Source: a virus
Length of the DNA: 64,000 bases
Virus record (IMG/VR): IMGVR_UViG_3300033182_001497
Location: 3,213 to 67,212 of that record
Reading direction: 5' to 3' (one strand)
Of this stretch, positions 56,871 through 64,000 are shown piece by piece; within the stretch, counting starts at the first letter, position 1; each line of letters begins with the position of its first letter. Below the pieces are notes generated by a model. That model ran no database searches. It was not told the origin of the DNA and saw only the letters and a list, made by a program, of their open reading frames with translations. The translations under genes and the position numbers were made by a program.

Positions 56871-56899
56871 TTGACAATGATCTCGATTTATGAGATAAT
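56871..56899 (+). promoter_or_regulatory. Sigma70-type promoter (intact copy)
   Basis: TTGACA-N17-GATAAT with extended TG, 6 nt before ATG 56906; the copy at 56087 ends in GATAGC. Confidence 0.75.
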
Positions 56900-56905
56900 A
56901 CTTGT

Positions 56906-57154
56906 ATGTTCAATATTAAATCAAAGTTAAAAAAAGCAGTTATGAAAAATTCAGATCAAAAATACTTCGTTGTTTACCGCAATGCCGATAATCAAGTCAA
57001 GACCTACGAAATTGGTCGCCCCGACCTTAGTGAATCTTTTGGCAATCGTGGTGAAGAACGTAACAATGTTGGATTCCGTGCATATTGTTTTGGTCGCAAA
57101 GAGTATCGCTCTTTTCGTCACGACCGCATCGTTTCCTTGACCCGCGCTTCTTGA
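56906..57154 (+). CDS. Stand-alone WYL-like domain protein
   Basis: AYCFGRKEYRSFRHDRIVSL. Confidence 0.6.
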   Translation: MFNIKSKLKKAVMKNSDQKYFVVYRNADNQVKTYEIGRPDLSESFGNRGEERNNVGFRAYCFGRKEYRSFRHDRIVSLTRAS

Positions 57155-57366
57155 GCTCGGAGATTATAGATTACGCTCTCAACAAGTTTCTACCATTCGG
57201 AATTATAGGGTTTTTATTGCTCTATAATTTCGGGTATGAAACCTGGGAGCCATTTGTTATTTTTGGACTAACAATGTTCATTGATCGATTCAGCTTTAAA
57301 ACAGGATACGCAGTTTGTTTCTGCGAGCAAAATGGAATAGAAATAGACTTCGATGAACGAAAATGA
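57151..57366 (+). CDS. Two-TM membrane protein
   Basis: Hydrophobic segments; TTG start overlapping the upstream stop. Confidence 0.5.
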   Translation: MSSEIIDYALNKFLPFGIIGFLLLYNFGYETWEPFVIFGLTMFIDRFSFKTGYAVCFCEQNGIEIDFDERK

Positions 57367-57523
57367 ATTAGCATGTCTTCGCTCGGACACCTACGTAAAA
57401 CTAGCCAATGCCCGATCCGAAGAAGATAAAAAATATTACAAAAAAATTCTACATGTTATTGATTCGCTAAAAAAATTAGCATACGACTTAAAAGAAATCT
57501 CACAAATTGGAAACTCAGTTTAA
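57353..57523 (+). CDS. Small hypothetical protein (56 aa)
   Basis: MNENELACLRSDTY...; fills the gap. Confidence 0.5.
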   Translation: MNENELACLRSDTYVKLANARSEEDKKYYKKILHVIDSLKKLAYDLKEISQIGNSV

Positions 57524-57706
57524 ATGAAAGAAAGAAACAACAATATTTTATATACTTATACTTTGGTACATTATGATCGACCAAAACCAATACTTCCTGA
57601 AAAACAGATACAAATGACAGAAAAAGAAGCTCATGCACGCAATCAAGGATTTGCATTAAATTTCACAAAACAAAGATACGTTAAAATTGAAGAGTCTGTA
57701 TCGTAA
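57524..57706 (+). CDS. Hypothetical protein
   Basis: 60-aa ORF in the operon. Confidence 0.5.
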   Translation: MKERNNNILYTYTLVHYDRPKPILPEKQIQMTEKEAHARNQGFALNFTKQRYVKIEESVS

Positions 57707-58286
57707 ATTCGTTAATTGGGTGATGAGCACCCGATTCTACAAGTATCTATTAAAACGTGTCATTCCGTATATTCGCTTTACTACATATTATACTAGCCTT
57801 CGCGGCAAAAAGTATCACGCATTATACAAAGAGTTGCAGCCGGGCGATGTATTATTAACAATCGACCGCAAAAAGTTGACAACCTTATTGATTCCCGGCG
57901 ACTTTTCGCATGCCGCAATGTGCATATCTAAAGATGGGCGCTGGGAAACAAGTGAGATGACGCACGATGATTATACCAAAAGCACATTCTTTGATATTTG
58001 CAAAGAGAGTGATCGAGTGGTTATCATGCGACCCGATTTATCGCAACAAGAAATTGACGAAGCAATCTACAAATGCAAGAGCTTCCAAGGCGCAGAATAT
58101 GACGCAAGCTTTGATCTTGGTGTGAAAAGTTTATATTGCAGCGAACTAATCTATCAATCTTATCAAGGCAATTCGCTTGGTGCAAATCTCGAAGATTTTG
58201 TTGGCCTCGGACGACCATACATCAGTCCAACAGGATTATATCACGCAAAAAATTTAGAAGTCATCACGGACAGTGACGAATTATAA
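57687..58286 (+). CDS. Permuted papain-like (YiiX/YebB, permuted NlpC/P60) enzyme
   Basis: LQPGDVLL, FSHAAM, YDASF, LYCSELIY. Confidence 0.85.
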   Translation: MKSLYRKFVNWVMSTRFYKYLLKRVIPYIRFTTYYTSLRGKKYHALYKELQPGDVLLTIDRKKLTTLLIPGDFSHAAMCISKDGRWETSEMTHDDYTKSTFFDICKESDRVVIMRPDLSQQEIDEAIYKCKSFQGAEYDASFDLGVKSLYCSELIYQSYQGNSLGANLEDFVGLGRPYISPTGLYHAKNLEVITDSDEL

Positions 58287-58287
58287 T

Positions 58288-59226
58288 TTACTTTGCCAAA
58301 AACGTCAACAAACCCATAACGCCAAATCCAAGTATAGCCATCAACAAGCTTTTCTTTTTCTTTTGCTTGTCTTTTTCTTCTTGTTTTTTGCGTTCTTCAG
58401 CTTCTTTGCGCTTGCGCTCTAATTCTTCTGCATTTGCTTCTGTTTTTGTGTGAAGATAGATTGGGCCGTTATTGTTCATGATTATTTGTTCGTACAACGA
58501 GCTTTCAAGATAGAAAAATCCATTGTCGCCAAATCGTGTGCCCCAACTATTTTGAAATTCCCAATATAAATTGCCGTCGATAATTTTCCATCCTGTCATG
58601 GCAACCGCATGTCCGCCCGCGGATCTTGAAGCAAGATATTTTTCACTATCAACAATTCCACTTTTTGGAGTATAATAAAATTGCATGTTCACCTTGAATG
58701 ATGTCCACAGCGTCTCTTGTAGTAGCGTTTTCTTGATCAAATCGTGGTTTTGTTTGGGTATCACATAGTAACTGTCGATTTTGTGTTGTGCGGCGTTTTC
58801 GGCGGCTCCTTCGAGCATCGGCGCATCTTCATCATCTTTATATGGCCAAAATTTTTCTTCGCAGCAACCTTCTTGAACCAAGCCACGACATGCACCCTTG
58901 ATGGTTGTGCCTGAATAATCTTCGCCAGGAAATGGATCATGAATTTTTCCTTTTTTGTAGATCCACATGGCGCTTGGCTCTTTGCCATCAAAATCTAGAG
59001 TATCGCCATATACCACTCGTCCGCTGTGACCAACACACGAACCAATGCGACCTTGATTTTTTACAGGCGGCGTAAGATATCTGCGGCTAAATTCTTGTGC
59101 ATTCGCATCCCCACTATTCGCAATCATCTCTTCTTTTAATTCCCAATCGCGTTCATCAATCGGCGTTTCGGGTACATCCAAGACTTTATTCTTGTACAAA
59201 ATTTTATTAATTAATCGATCTATCAT
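58288..59226 (-). CDS. C1 papain-family cysteine protease with a C-terminal charged stalk and TM anchor
   Basis: NQGRIGSC, GGHAV, QNSWG..FGDNGFF; ends KKKKSLLMAILGFGVMGLLTFLAK. Confidence 0.92.
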   Translation of the reverse strand: MIDRLINKILYKNKVLDVPETPIDERDWELKEEMIANSGDANAQEFSRRYLTPPVKNQGRIGSCVGHSGRVVYGDTLDFDGKEPSAMWIYKKGKIHDPFPGEDYSGTTIKGACRGLVQEGCCEEKFWPYKDDEDAPMLEGAAENAAQHKIDSYYVIPKQNHDLIKKTLLQETLWTSFKVNMQFYYTPKSGIVDSEKYLASRSAGGHAVAMTGWKIIDGNLYWEFQNSWGTRFGDNGFFYLESSLYEQIIMNNNGPIYLHTKTEANAEELERKRKEAEERKKQEEKDKQKKKKSLLMAILGFGVMGLLTFLAK

Positions 59227-59233
59227 ATACATG

Positions 59234-59252
59234 TATACACTTGTTGTGTAAT
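59234..59252. promoter_or_regulatory. Back-to-back GTGTAWW motifs, each 7 nt before a start codon
   Basis: tatacac 59234-59240 (ATG 59226); gtgtaat 59246-59252 (GTG 59260). Confidence 0.7.
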
Positions 59253-59259
59253 ATAATTT

Positions 59260-59529
59260 GTGAGGTTGCTTTGTTTGATATGTATATTATTAATGACATC
59301 GTGTGTTTCTCAGCAGCCAAAATTACAGCCCAAGGATACTCGCTTCAAGGAATCTCAAAGAAACTGGGAATATTTGTATGCCGCCGAGCTTGATGCGGCA
59401 CTTGAAAATGAAGATGTTGCTGCATACTATTTCTTTTGGCCTCTTTATATGCAAGCGCGATACGAAAACAAATGTCAAAAGTACAATATCAACCACACAA
59501 TATCTTGTGATTGTATTTATTTAAAATAG
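59260..59529 (+). CDS. Putative lipoprotein
   Basis: Signal-like N-terminus with lipobox-like LMTS-C. Confidence 0.6.
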   Translation: MRLLCLICILLMTSCVSQQPKLQPKDTRFKESQRNWEYLYAAELDAALENEDVAAYYFFWPLYMQARYENKCQKYNINHTISCDCIYLK

Positions 59530-59533
59530 AAAA

Positions 59534-59902
59534 TTAATTCTTTAGATATCTATATCCTAATTTTGCAGCAATAGCTATACGTTGATTTATATGCATAACT
59601 TCGTAAGCGTATCGTGCGTATTCTTCGATTCTTGCTTCTCTTTTTTCTGGAGTTCCGTTGACCCAATATATAGCCCCTGATTTTCCAACATCTTTTTCTA
59701 TATATTTTATAATCTTTTGTTTGATAAAATTATAATATATTTCTAATTTTTCTTGATCAGAAATATTTTTATATTCTAATTCGGACTGCTCTTTTGCGAT
59801 TCTCGAGGATCGTGTTGCAAAACCAGAGTTTCTCATTTGAGCACTATACATTTCTTGATACAAACAATCAAGCACGATTTGTCGTTCTTTTTGTTTAAGC
59901 AT
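59534..59902 (-). CDS. Hypothetical protein
   Basis: Start reassigned to ATG 59902; GTGTATA motif at 59922-59928. Confidence 0.55.
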   Translation of the reverse strand: MLKQKERQIVLDCLYQEMYSAQMRNSGFATRSSRIAKEQSELEYKNISDQEKLEIYYNFIKQKIIKYIEKDVGKSGAIYWVNGTPEKREARIEEYARYAYEVMHINQRIAIAAKLGYRYLKN

Positions 59903-59957
59903 TACTTTTCTTTTAACTGTATATACACTCACGCCCTGATTTTATCTAGGTTTTTGA

Positions 59958-59986
59958 TTGACATTGAATTTTTTTTATAGTATAAT
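59958..59986 (+). promoter_or_regulatory. Sigma70-type promoter
   Basis: TTGACA-N17-TATAAT, 9 nt before ATG 59996. Confidence 0.8.
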
Positions 59987-59995
59987 ACATATTAC

Positions 59996-60244
59996 ATGCC
60001 AAAAATATCTAAACAATTAAAAAATGCAAACTTTGAATACGATGAAGAGTCAAAAGAATTCACAATCGAAGATGCACAAGGAAATTGTGTTGTGTTGAAT
60101 AAAATTTATGCTTTCGCATTGATGCGTTTTGTGATTCGCATGGCTCAACGAAATTGGCTGCGAAGCAACAAAACAATCGAAGAGATCATTGAAGAAGATG
60201 GCGAGCTTGAGGAGCATAATCCTTCACAACTAGAATTATTCTAA
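59996..60244 (+). CDS. Hypothetical protein
   Basis: ORF after the promoter. Confidence 0.6.
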   Translation: MPKISKQLKNANFEYDEESKEFTIEDAQGNCVVLNKIYAFALMRFVIRMAQRNWLRSNKTIEEIIEEDGELEEHNPSQLELF

Positions 60245-60513
60245 TGTTTGACGACGGAATAGCAAACGAATTTGAAGCGGCGCACAACAAAGGTCTTCGC
60301 CGAGGTTTTGATCTTGGATGGACATACAAAGGACAATTCGACCGCTCAATCATTCGCGGACACATCGAACAAATAGACAAACGAGAAAAAAAACTTTCTG
60401 ACCCAGAAATCAAACTTCGCCTTCTATCTCAAAAAGATTTACTTCGAAACATTTTAGACGACATGAAAAATCATCCCTGCAACAACGAAAACATTACAAA
60501 ACATTTTAAATGA
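60244..60513 (+). CDS. Hypothetical protein
   Basis: TAATG coupling with the upstream gene. Confidence 0.6.
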   Translation: MFDDGIANEFEAAHNKGLRRGFDLGWTYKGQFDRSIIRGHIEQIDKREKKLSDPEIKLRLLSQKDLLRNILDDMKNHPCNNENITKHFK

Positions 60514-60665
60514 GTAAGTATACAGTAGATTATTCTAAAGAAGAAATTATTGAAGCATTAGTCCAAGAATGGGTTTTAAAATGGTGCAAGGAACATAATC
60601 CTGAAGTCTTCGATCGAGCAAGAGGCTATATATCCCGAGTTTTAGAAAAAGAAGATGAAAATTAA
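60510..60665 (+). CDS. Small hypothetical protein (51 aa)
   Basis: MSKYTVDYSKEEII...; ATGA coupling. Confidence 0.55.
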   Translation: MSKYTVDYSKEEIIEALVQEWVLKWCKEHNPEVFDRARGYISRVLEKEDEN

Positions 60666-60894
60666 ATCAAGTGATATAATATATTCTGAACATGGATACG
60701 ATGAATGTTTTGAATATGTTGATGGAAGCGGTCGCGTGCCCGAAGGAACGGCAGTAGGATACATTCAAGCAAATCCTATTATGCAAAGCGGAGCACTTAC
60801 TTTATTCGAAGATATTAAATACAGCCAATACGACCACGACTATTGGGACAACTATGAACTTGAACATGATGTTGATAGAATTGTGATTGGATAG
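60655..60894 (+). CDS. Hypothetical protein
   Basis: 79-aa acidic ORF. Confidence 0.55.
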   Translation: MKIKSSDIIYSEHGYDECFEYVDGSGRVPEGTAVGYIQANPIMQSGALTLFEDIKYSQYDHDYWDNYELEHDVDRIVIG

Positions 60895-60900
60895 TATAAT
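60872..60900 (+). promoter_or_regulatory. Sigma70-type promoter for the tRNA pair
   Basis: TTGATA-N17-TATAAT, 7 nt before tRNA-Thr G1. Confidence 0.65.
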
Positions 60901-60907
60901 ATTTACA

Positions 60908-60982
60908 GGCTCCATAGTTTAGTCGGCAAAACACGTAACTTGTAATTATGAATCATCGGTTCGATTCCGATTGGAGCCTCCA
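60908..60982 (+). tRNA. trnT: tRNA-Thr(UGU)
   Basis: GGCTCCA/TGGAGCC stem, anticodon loop CT-TGT-AA, GGTTCGATTCC T-arm, encoded CCA. Confidence 0.95.
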
Positions 60983-60987
60983 TTTCA

Positions 60988-61081
<94 letters not shown>

Positions 61082-61765
61082 TTATTTGCGTCTCCTGCAG
61101 CTATCCTTGTTTAAACTCCTGAAGTTCTCAGTTAAAGCGTGACAGTTAGGACATAAAACTTCTAAATTAGATTCTTTTGAGTTTTGGGGATTTCCATCGA
61201 TGTGATTTATTTCTAATGGAACTTTATTTGTTTTTTGATTAATTTTACTCCATCCGCATTTTGAACACTTACAGTTTGATTTTTTTATTAAATAATTTCT
61301 TATAAACTGTTTTATTTGATAAGTCTTACCGCTGTAACCCACAAGCTCGCCATTCTTCCACTTTTGAATATTTTGTTGTTTCTTGTATTCTGAACTGCAT
61401 TTATTGCAACAGAATTTATTTTTAGAATTCCTTTTTTTATTGAAGTGTTTAGAACAATTCAAGCATATCACTTGCTCTTGTATCTTATTTTTATTATTAT
61501 ATTTTGCAGAACATGATTTAGAGCAGAAATGGTTTTTTGATTTTTTAATATCACATTCTCTTTTCTCGATTGTTTTTTCGCACTCCTCACACTTCAACTT
61601 TTTTCTTTTGCGTTTATTTTGATACAAACACTCCCTTGAGCAATATTTTGCGGACTTGGTGCCTTTCTTTACTCTGCTTGCTAAGCTTTTCGATATAAAA
61701 AACTGTTCTTGGCAGTTTTCACAAATTCTTGGGATATTTTTTGTACTTGTTTTCTCATTTCTCAT
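61082..61765 (-). CDS. Free-standing HNH endonuclease with repeated CxxC...CxxxC zinc-finger modules
   Basis: CSKCGW...LEINHIDGNP.N...NLEVLCPNCH; three N-terminal Cys-repeat units. Confidence 0.9.
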   Translation of the reverse strand: MRNEKTSTKNIPRICENCQEQFFISKSLASRVKKGTKSAKYCSRECLYQNKRKRKKLKCEECEKTIEKRECDIKKSKNHFCSKSCSAKYNNKNKIQEQVICLNCSKHFNKKRNSKNKFCCNKCSSEYKKQQNIQKWKNGELVGYSGKTYQIKQFIRNYLIKKSNCKCSKCGWSKINQKTNKVPLEINHIDGNPQNSKESNLEVLCPNCHALTENFRSLNKDSCRRRK

Positions 61766-61772
61766 ATATTAT

Positions 61773-61779
61773 ATTACAC
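61773..61779 (-). promoter_or_regulatory. GTGTAAT motif 7 nt before the HNH ATG
   Basis: GTGTAAT-AATATAT-ATG. Confidence 0.6.
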
Positions 61780-61851
61780 GCAAACCTTGGCTGGCTCCAC
61801 TTTTTTCTTGATTAATTATTTAAAAAGACATATATTATACATAAGATTTTT

Positions 61852-61926
61852 ATGACTACATTTATTTTATATTTTCTCGCAAGTTTAGTTCTTTATCTTT
61901 ATTTGCAATCACTTGACAACAGATGA
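61852..61926 (+). CDS. Possible 24-aa membrane peptide
   Basis: MTTFILYFLASLVLYLYLQSLDNR; ATGA-coupled to the next ORF. Confidence 0.4.
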   Translation: MTTFILYFLASLVLYLYLQSLDNR

Positions 61927-62114
61927 ATTTTCAATATAGTATAACACATACAAACGAATCGAATGAAATCGAATCATTCAAAAATTTTAACAACAAAAAA
62001 AATTTAATACAATTCCTTAACGCAAACAAAGAGCAATTATCTTCGCTCAAGGGCGTTCGCATAAACTTCAAATCAATTTCATTATCATTACGCGATACAG
62101 TTTGGAAAAGTTGA
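61923..62114 (+). CDS. Hypothetical protein
   Basis: 63-aa ORF. Confidence 0.5.
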   Translation: MNFQYSITHTNESNEIESFKNFNNKKNLIQFLNANKEQLSSLKGVRINFKSISLSLRDTVWKS

Positions 62115-62117
62115 TGC

Positions 62118-62146
62118 TTGACTTTTTTGTGTTTATATAGTATTCT
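62118..62146 (+). promoter_or_regulatory. Sigma70-type promoter
   Basis: TTGACT-N17-TATTCT, 6 nt before ATG 62153. Confidence 0.65.
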
Positions 62147-62152
62147 GTTTGT

Positions 62153-62680
62153 ATGGCAAAACGTCACAATGCAAACACACTATTTCGCGGACACAGTATA
62201 TTAAATGGACTCATCAAAGATTTATTGTCTTATTTTCAAAGCGTGAATTGGACAGATGCAGATGAATCAAAAAAACAAGAAATATTCGCGAACATAATTA
62301 AAGACAAAAAATGCTGGTATTGTGGAGTCGGCGAGTTTCGTGATATGGATCATTTTGTGCCAACCAATGGACGACTCTTTGATCCACCCATGTTTGGATT
62401 AGAACACGACGGCAACCTTATTCCGAGCTGCAAGACCTGCAACGCAAACAAAAGCAATAAACACCCATTAGAGTGGCTTAAACGAGGTCGTGTGACCAAA
62501 GGTAAGGAATTTGTTTTTCCTGCCGAGCGAATCGCGGCATTTCAAACATTTTTCGATACATTCCGCGACAAATTGATAGCCGATTCTCAATTAACCGATA
62601 TCATAGTAAATCAAGCAATACCAAAGTGTGAAGAATCAACACAACAACTCGCAGATTTTGAAAATTGGATAAAATTATAA
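62153..62680 (+). CDS. HNH endonuclease
   Basis: CWYC...DHFVP...NLIPSCKTCNANK. Confidence 0.9.
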   Translation: MAKRHNANTLFRGHSILNGLIKDLLSYFQSVNWTDADESKKQEIFANIIKDKKCWYCGVGEFRDMDHFVPTNGRLFDPPMFGLEHDGNLIPSCKTCNANKSNKHPLEWLKRGRVTKGKEFVFPAERIAAFQTFFDTFRDKLIADSQLTDIIVNQAIPKCEESTQQLADFENWIKL

Positions 62681-62693
62681 CATAATATAAATC

Positions 62694-63341
62694 ATGCCTC
62701 AATTTAAATTACAACCCTATAACGCAACAGATGATTTTGAGTCTGCCCTTGCAGAATATACTGGATCCAATTATGCAGTTTGCTTAGATAACATGAGCAA
62801 TGCATTATTTTTGTCCCTGTATTATGAAAACCATATTAAAAATTCTTGCGGTAATTATATTACTATCCCATCGAGAACATACCCTTCCGTACCTTGCGAA
62901 ATCATACATGCAGGACTAAAAGTAAAATTTAAAAAGGTAAACGGAGAAACATTAACTGGAGCTTATTTACTTGAGGGAAGTAATGTCTGGGATTCGGCTT
63001 TAAGATTTACTGCAGACATGTACATACCTCAGTCCCATATGTGCATATCGTTCACTGGTCCTTATAAACATTTTAAACTTAGCAAGGGAGGTGCGATTCT
63101 TACAGACTCAGAAGAGGCAAATGCTTGGTTTAGACGAGCAAGATACAGCGGGAGAAACGAATGCTCCTATCATGAAGATAATTTTGATATGCTTGGTTGG
63201 AATTTTTATATGATGCCAGAACTTGCAACTAGAGGCTTACTATTAATGAATCAATTTTATTCTCAAGGAAAAAAAATACATAACAAAGACCTGACTTTAC
63301 CTTATCCAGATCTGAGTAGGTTTAGTATTTACGAATCATGA
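62694..63341 (+). CDS. Short DegT/DnrJ/EryC1/StrS-like PLP aminotransferase
   Basis: FESALAEYTG..YAV, SFTGPYKH...GGAILTD, GWNFYM. Confidence 0.8.
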   Translation: MPQFKLQPYNATDDFESALAEYTGSNYAVCLDNMSNALFLSLYYENHIKNSCGNYITIPSRTYPSVPCEIIHAGLKVKFKKVNGETLTGAYLLEGSNVWDSALRFTADMYIPQSHMCISFTGPYKHFKLSKGGAILTDSEEANAWFRRARYSGRNECSYHEDNFDMLGWNFYMMPELATRGLLLMNQFYSQGKKIHNKDLTLPYPDLSRFSIYES

Positions 63342-64000
63342 AAAACGTAAAAGAAAAATTACAGGAAATTAATCAAAACTCAAGTTCCTTAAGTATCTTG
63401 AGAGAAATCAACAGAAGTATAACTGAAAGAAATTTTCACGAGCATACGCATATTCTTTATGATTTAAGAACCTTTCTAGGAGAATCAAAGAAAAATTATG
63501 TTGAAATAGGAAGCTACGTAGGAGCCTCTGCATCTTTAATTTTAAAACACTATTTTAAAACAAATGTAACATGCATTGACCCTTGTGCATTACAAAAATC
63601 TCATTACAATGGTACAGATAGTCAATATAATACTATTTATAAAAATTTACAAAAAAATAACCCACACAACATGGAGATTAAAATATTTAAAAATTTTTCT
63701 CATGATATATTACCTGTAGAAAGTATTGATAATATCGACATATTGCACATTGACGGTGACCACTCTTATAATGCAGTAATAAAAGATTATAATTTATATA
63801 AAGATAAAGTTAATACTGGAGGCTTTATTGTTTTTGATGATTATCATGACTATAAGTCATCTCCAGAAGTTAAACCTGCAGTAGATAAAATAGTCTCTGA
63901 AATTGAAAGTAAAAAATACGAAGTTATAGGGTCTTTGAATAAATTTCATAATATAAAATCTCAAAACCCATCCGTATATTCAAATTTTATTATTCAGAAA
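63338..64000 (+). CDS. Class I SAM-dependent methyltransferase (partial, runs off the window)
   Basis: VEIGSYVGAS, IDILHIDGDHSY, GGFIVFDDY. Confidence 0.88.
   Translation, partial: MKNVKEKLQEINQNSSSLSILREINRSITERNFHEHTHILYDLRTFLGESKKNYVEIGSYVGASASLILKHYFKTNVTCIDPCALQKSHYNGTDSQYNTIYKNLQKNNPHNMEIKIFKNFSHDILPVESIDNIDILHIDGDHSYNAVIKDYNLYKDKVNTGGFIVFDDYHDYKSSPEVKPAVDKIVSEIESKKYEVIGSLNKFHNIKSQNPSVYSNFIIQK

Larger units (their letters stand above)
55889..56897 (+). repeat. Diverged 225-bp direct repeat (55889-56113 and 56673-56897): dut 3' half plus downstream promoter
   Basis: Hand alignment: 38/189 coding nt differ with 4 conservative aa changes; 2/36 differ in the promoter part; offset 784 bp. 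Confidence 0.95.

Noticed and set aside
55889-56897. dut repeat pair as a diversity-generating retroelement TR/VR
   Set aside because: Differences are at synonymous positions of all base types (many C/T), not adenine-specific, and no reverse transcriptase is present.

Overview
This is a gene-dense, AT-rich segment of a large tailed phage (Caudoviricetes). It has a lambda-like non-contractile tail tip, and no sheath or capsid genes lie in this window. Layout: 1-6.9 kb is a leftward block (virion protein, glycosyltransferase, SSB, sigma factor, dNMP kinase). 7.1-15.3 kb is a rightward glycan-synthesis and ssDNA-binding/annealing block. 15.3-49.4 kb is the tail module (S74 chaperone, 2121-aa fibre, gpI-J fusion, gpK, gpL, double gpM, four tube-fold paralogs, tape measure, chaperones, neck). 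49.4-64 kb holds many small genes plus tmRNA, RuvB, nucleases, dCMP deaminase, dUTPase, two papain-fold enzymes, two tRNAs, two HNH nucleases, an aminotransferase and a methyltransferase. Trp-rich modules in three tail proteins suggest a Verrucomicrobiota (Opitutales-like) host; this is inference. The most striking signal is regulatory, with two promoter classes. Sigma70-type TTGACA-N17-TATAAT sites precede non-structural genes. A GTGTAWW motif precedes tail/virion units and a few other genes and is a candidate target of the phage sigma factor. Both classes usually sit 6-9 nt from the start codon, implying leaderless mRNAs. A hairpin that hides the tape-measure RBS is cut exactly at the +1 predicted from the motif. 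Also notable are a synonymously diverged duplicate of the dut 3' half flanking a tail-collar fragment, a GT9 enzyme split across two genes, an in-frame TAA-ATG split inside an FN3 domain of gpJ, and a possible nuclease-fold cassette in the tape measure. All protein assignments come from motif recognition by eye; no searches were run.
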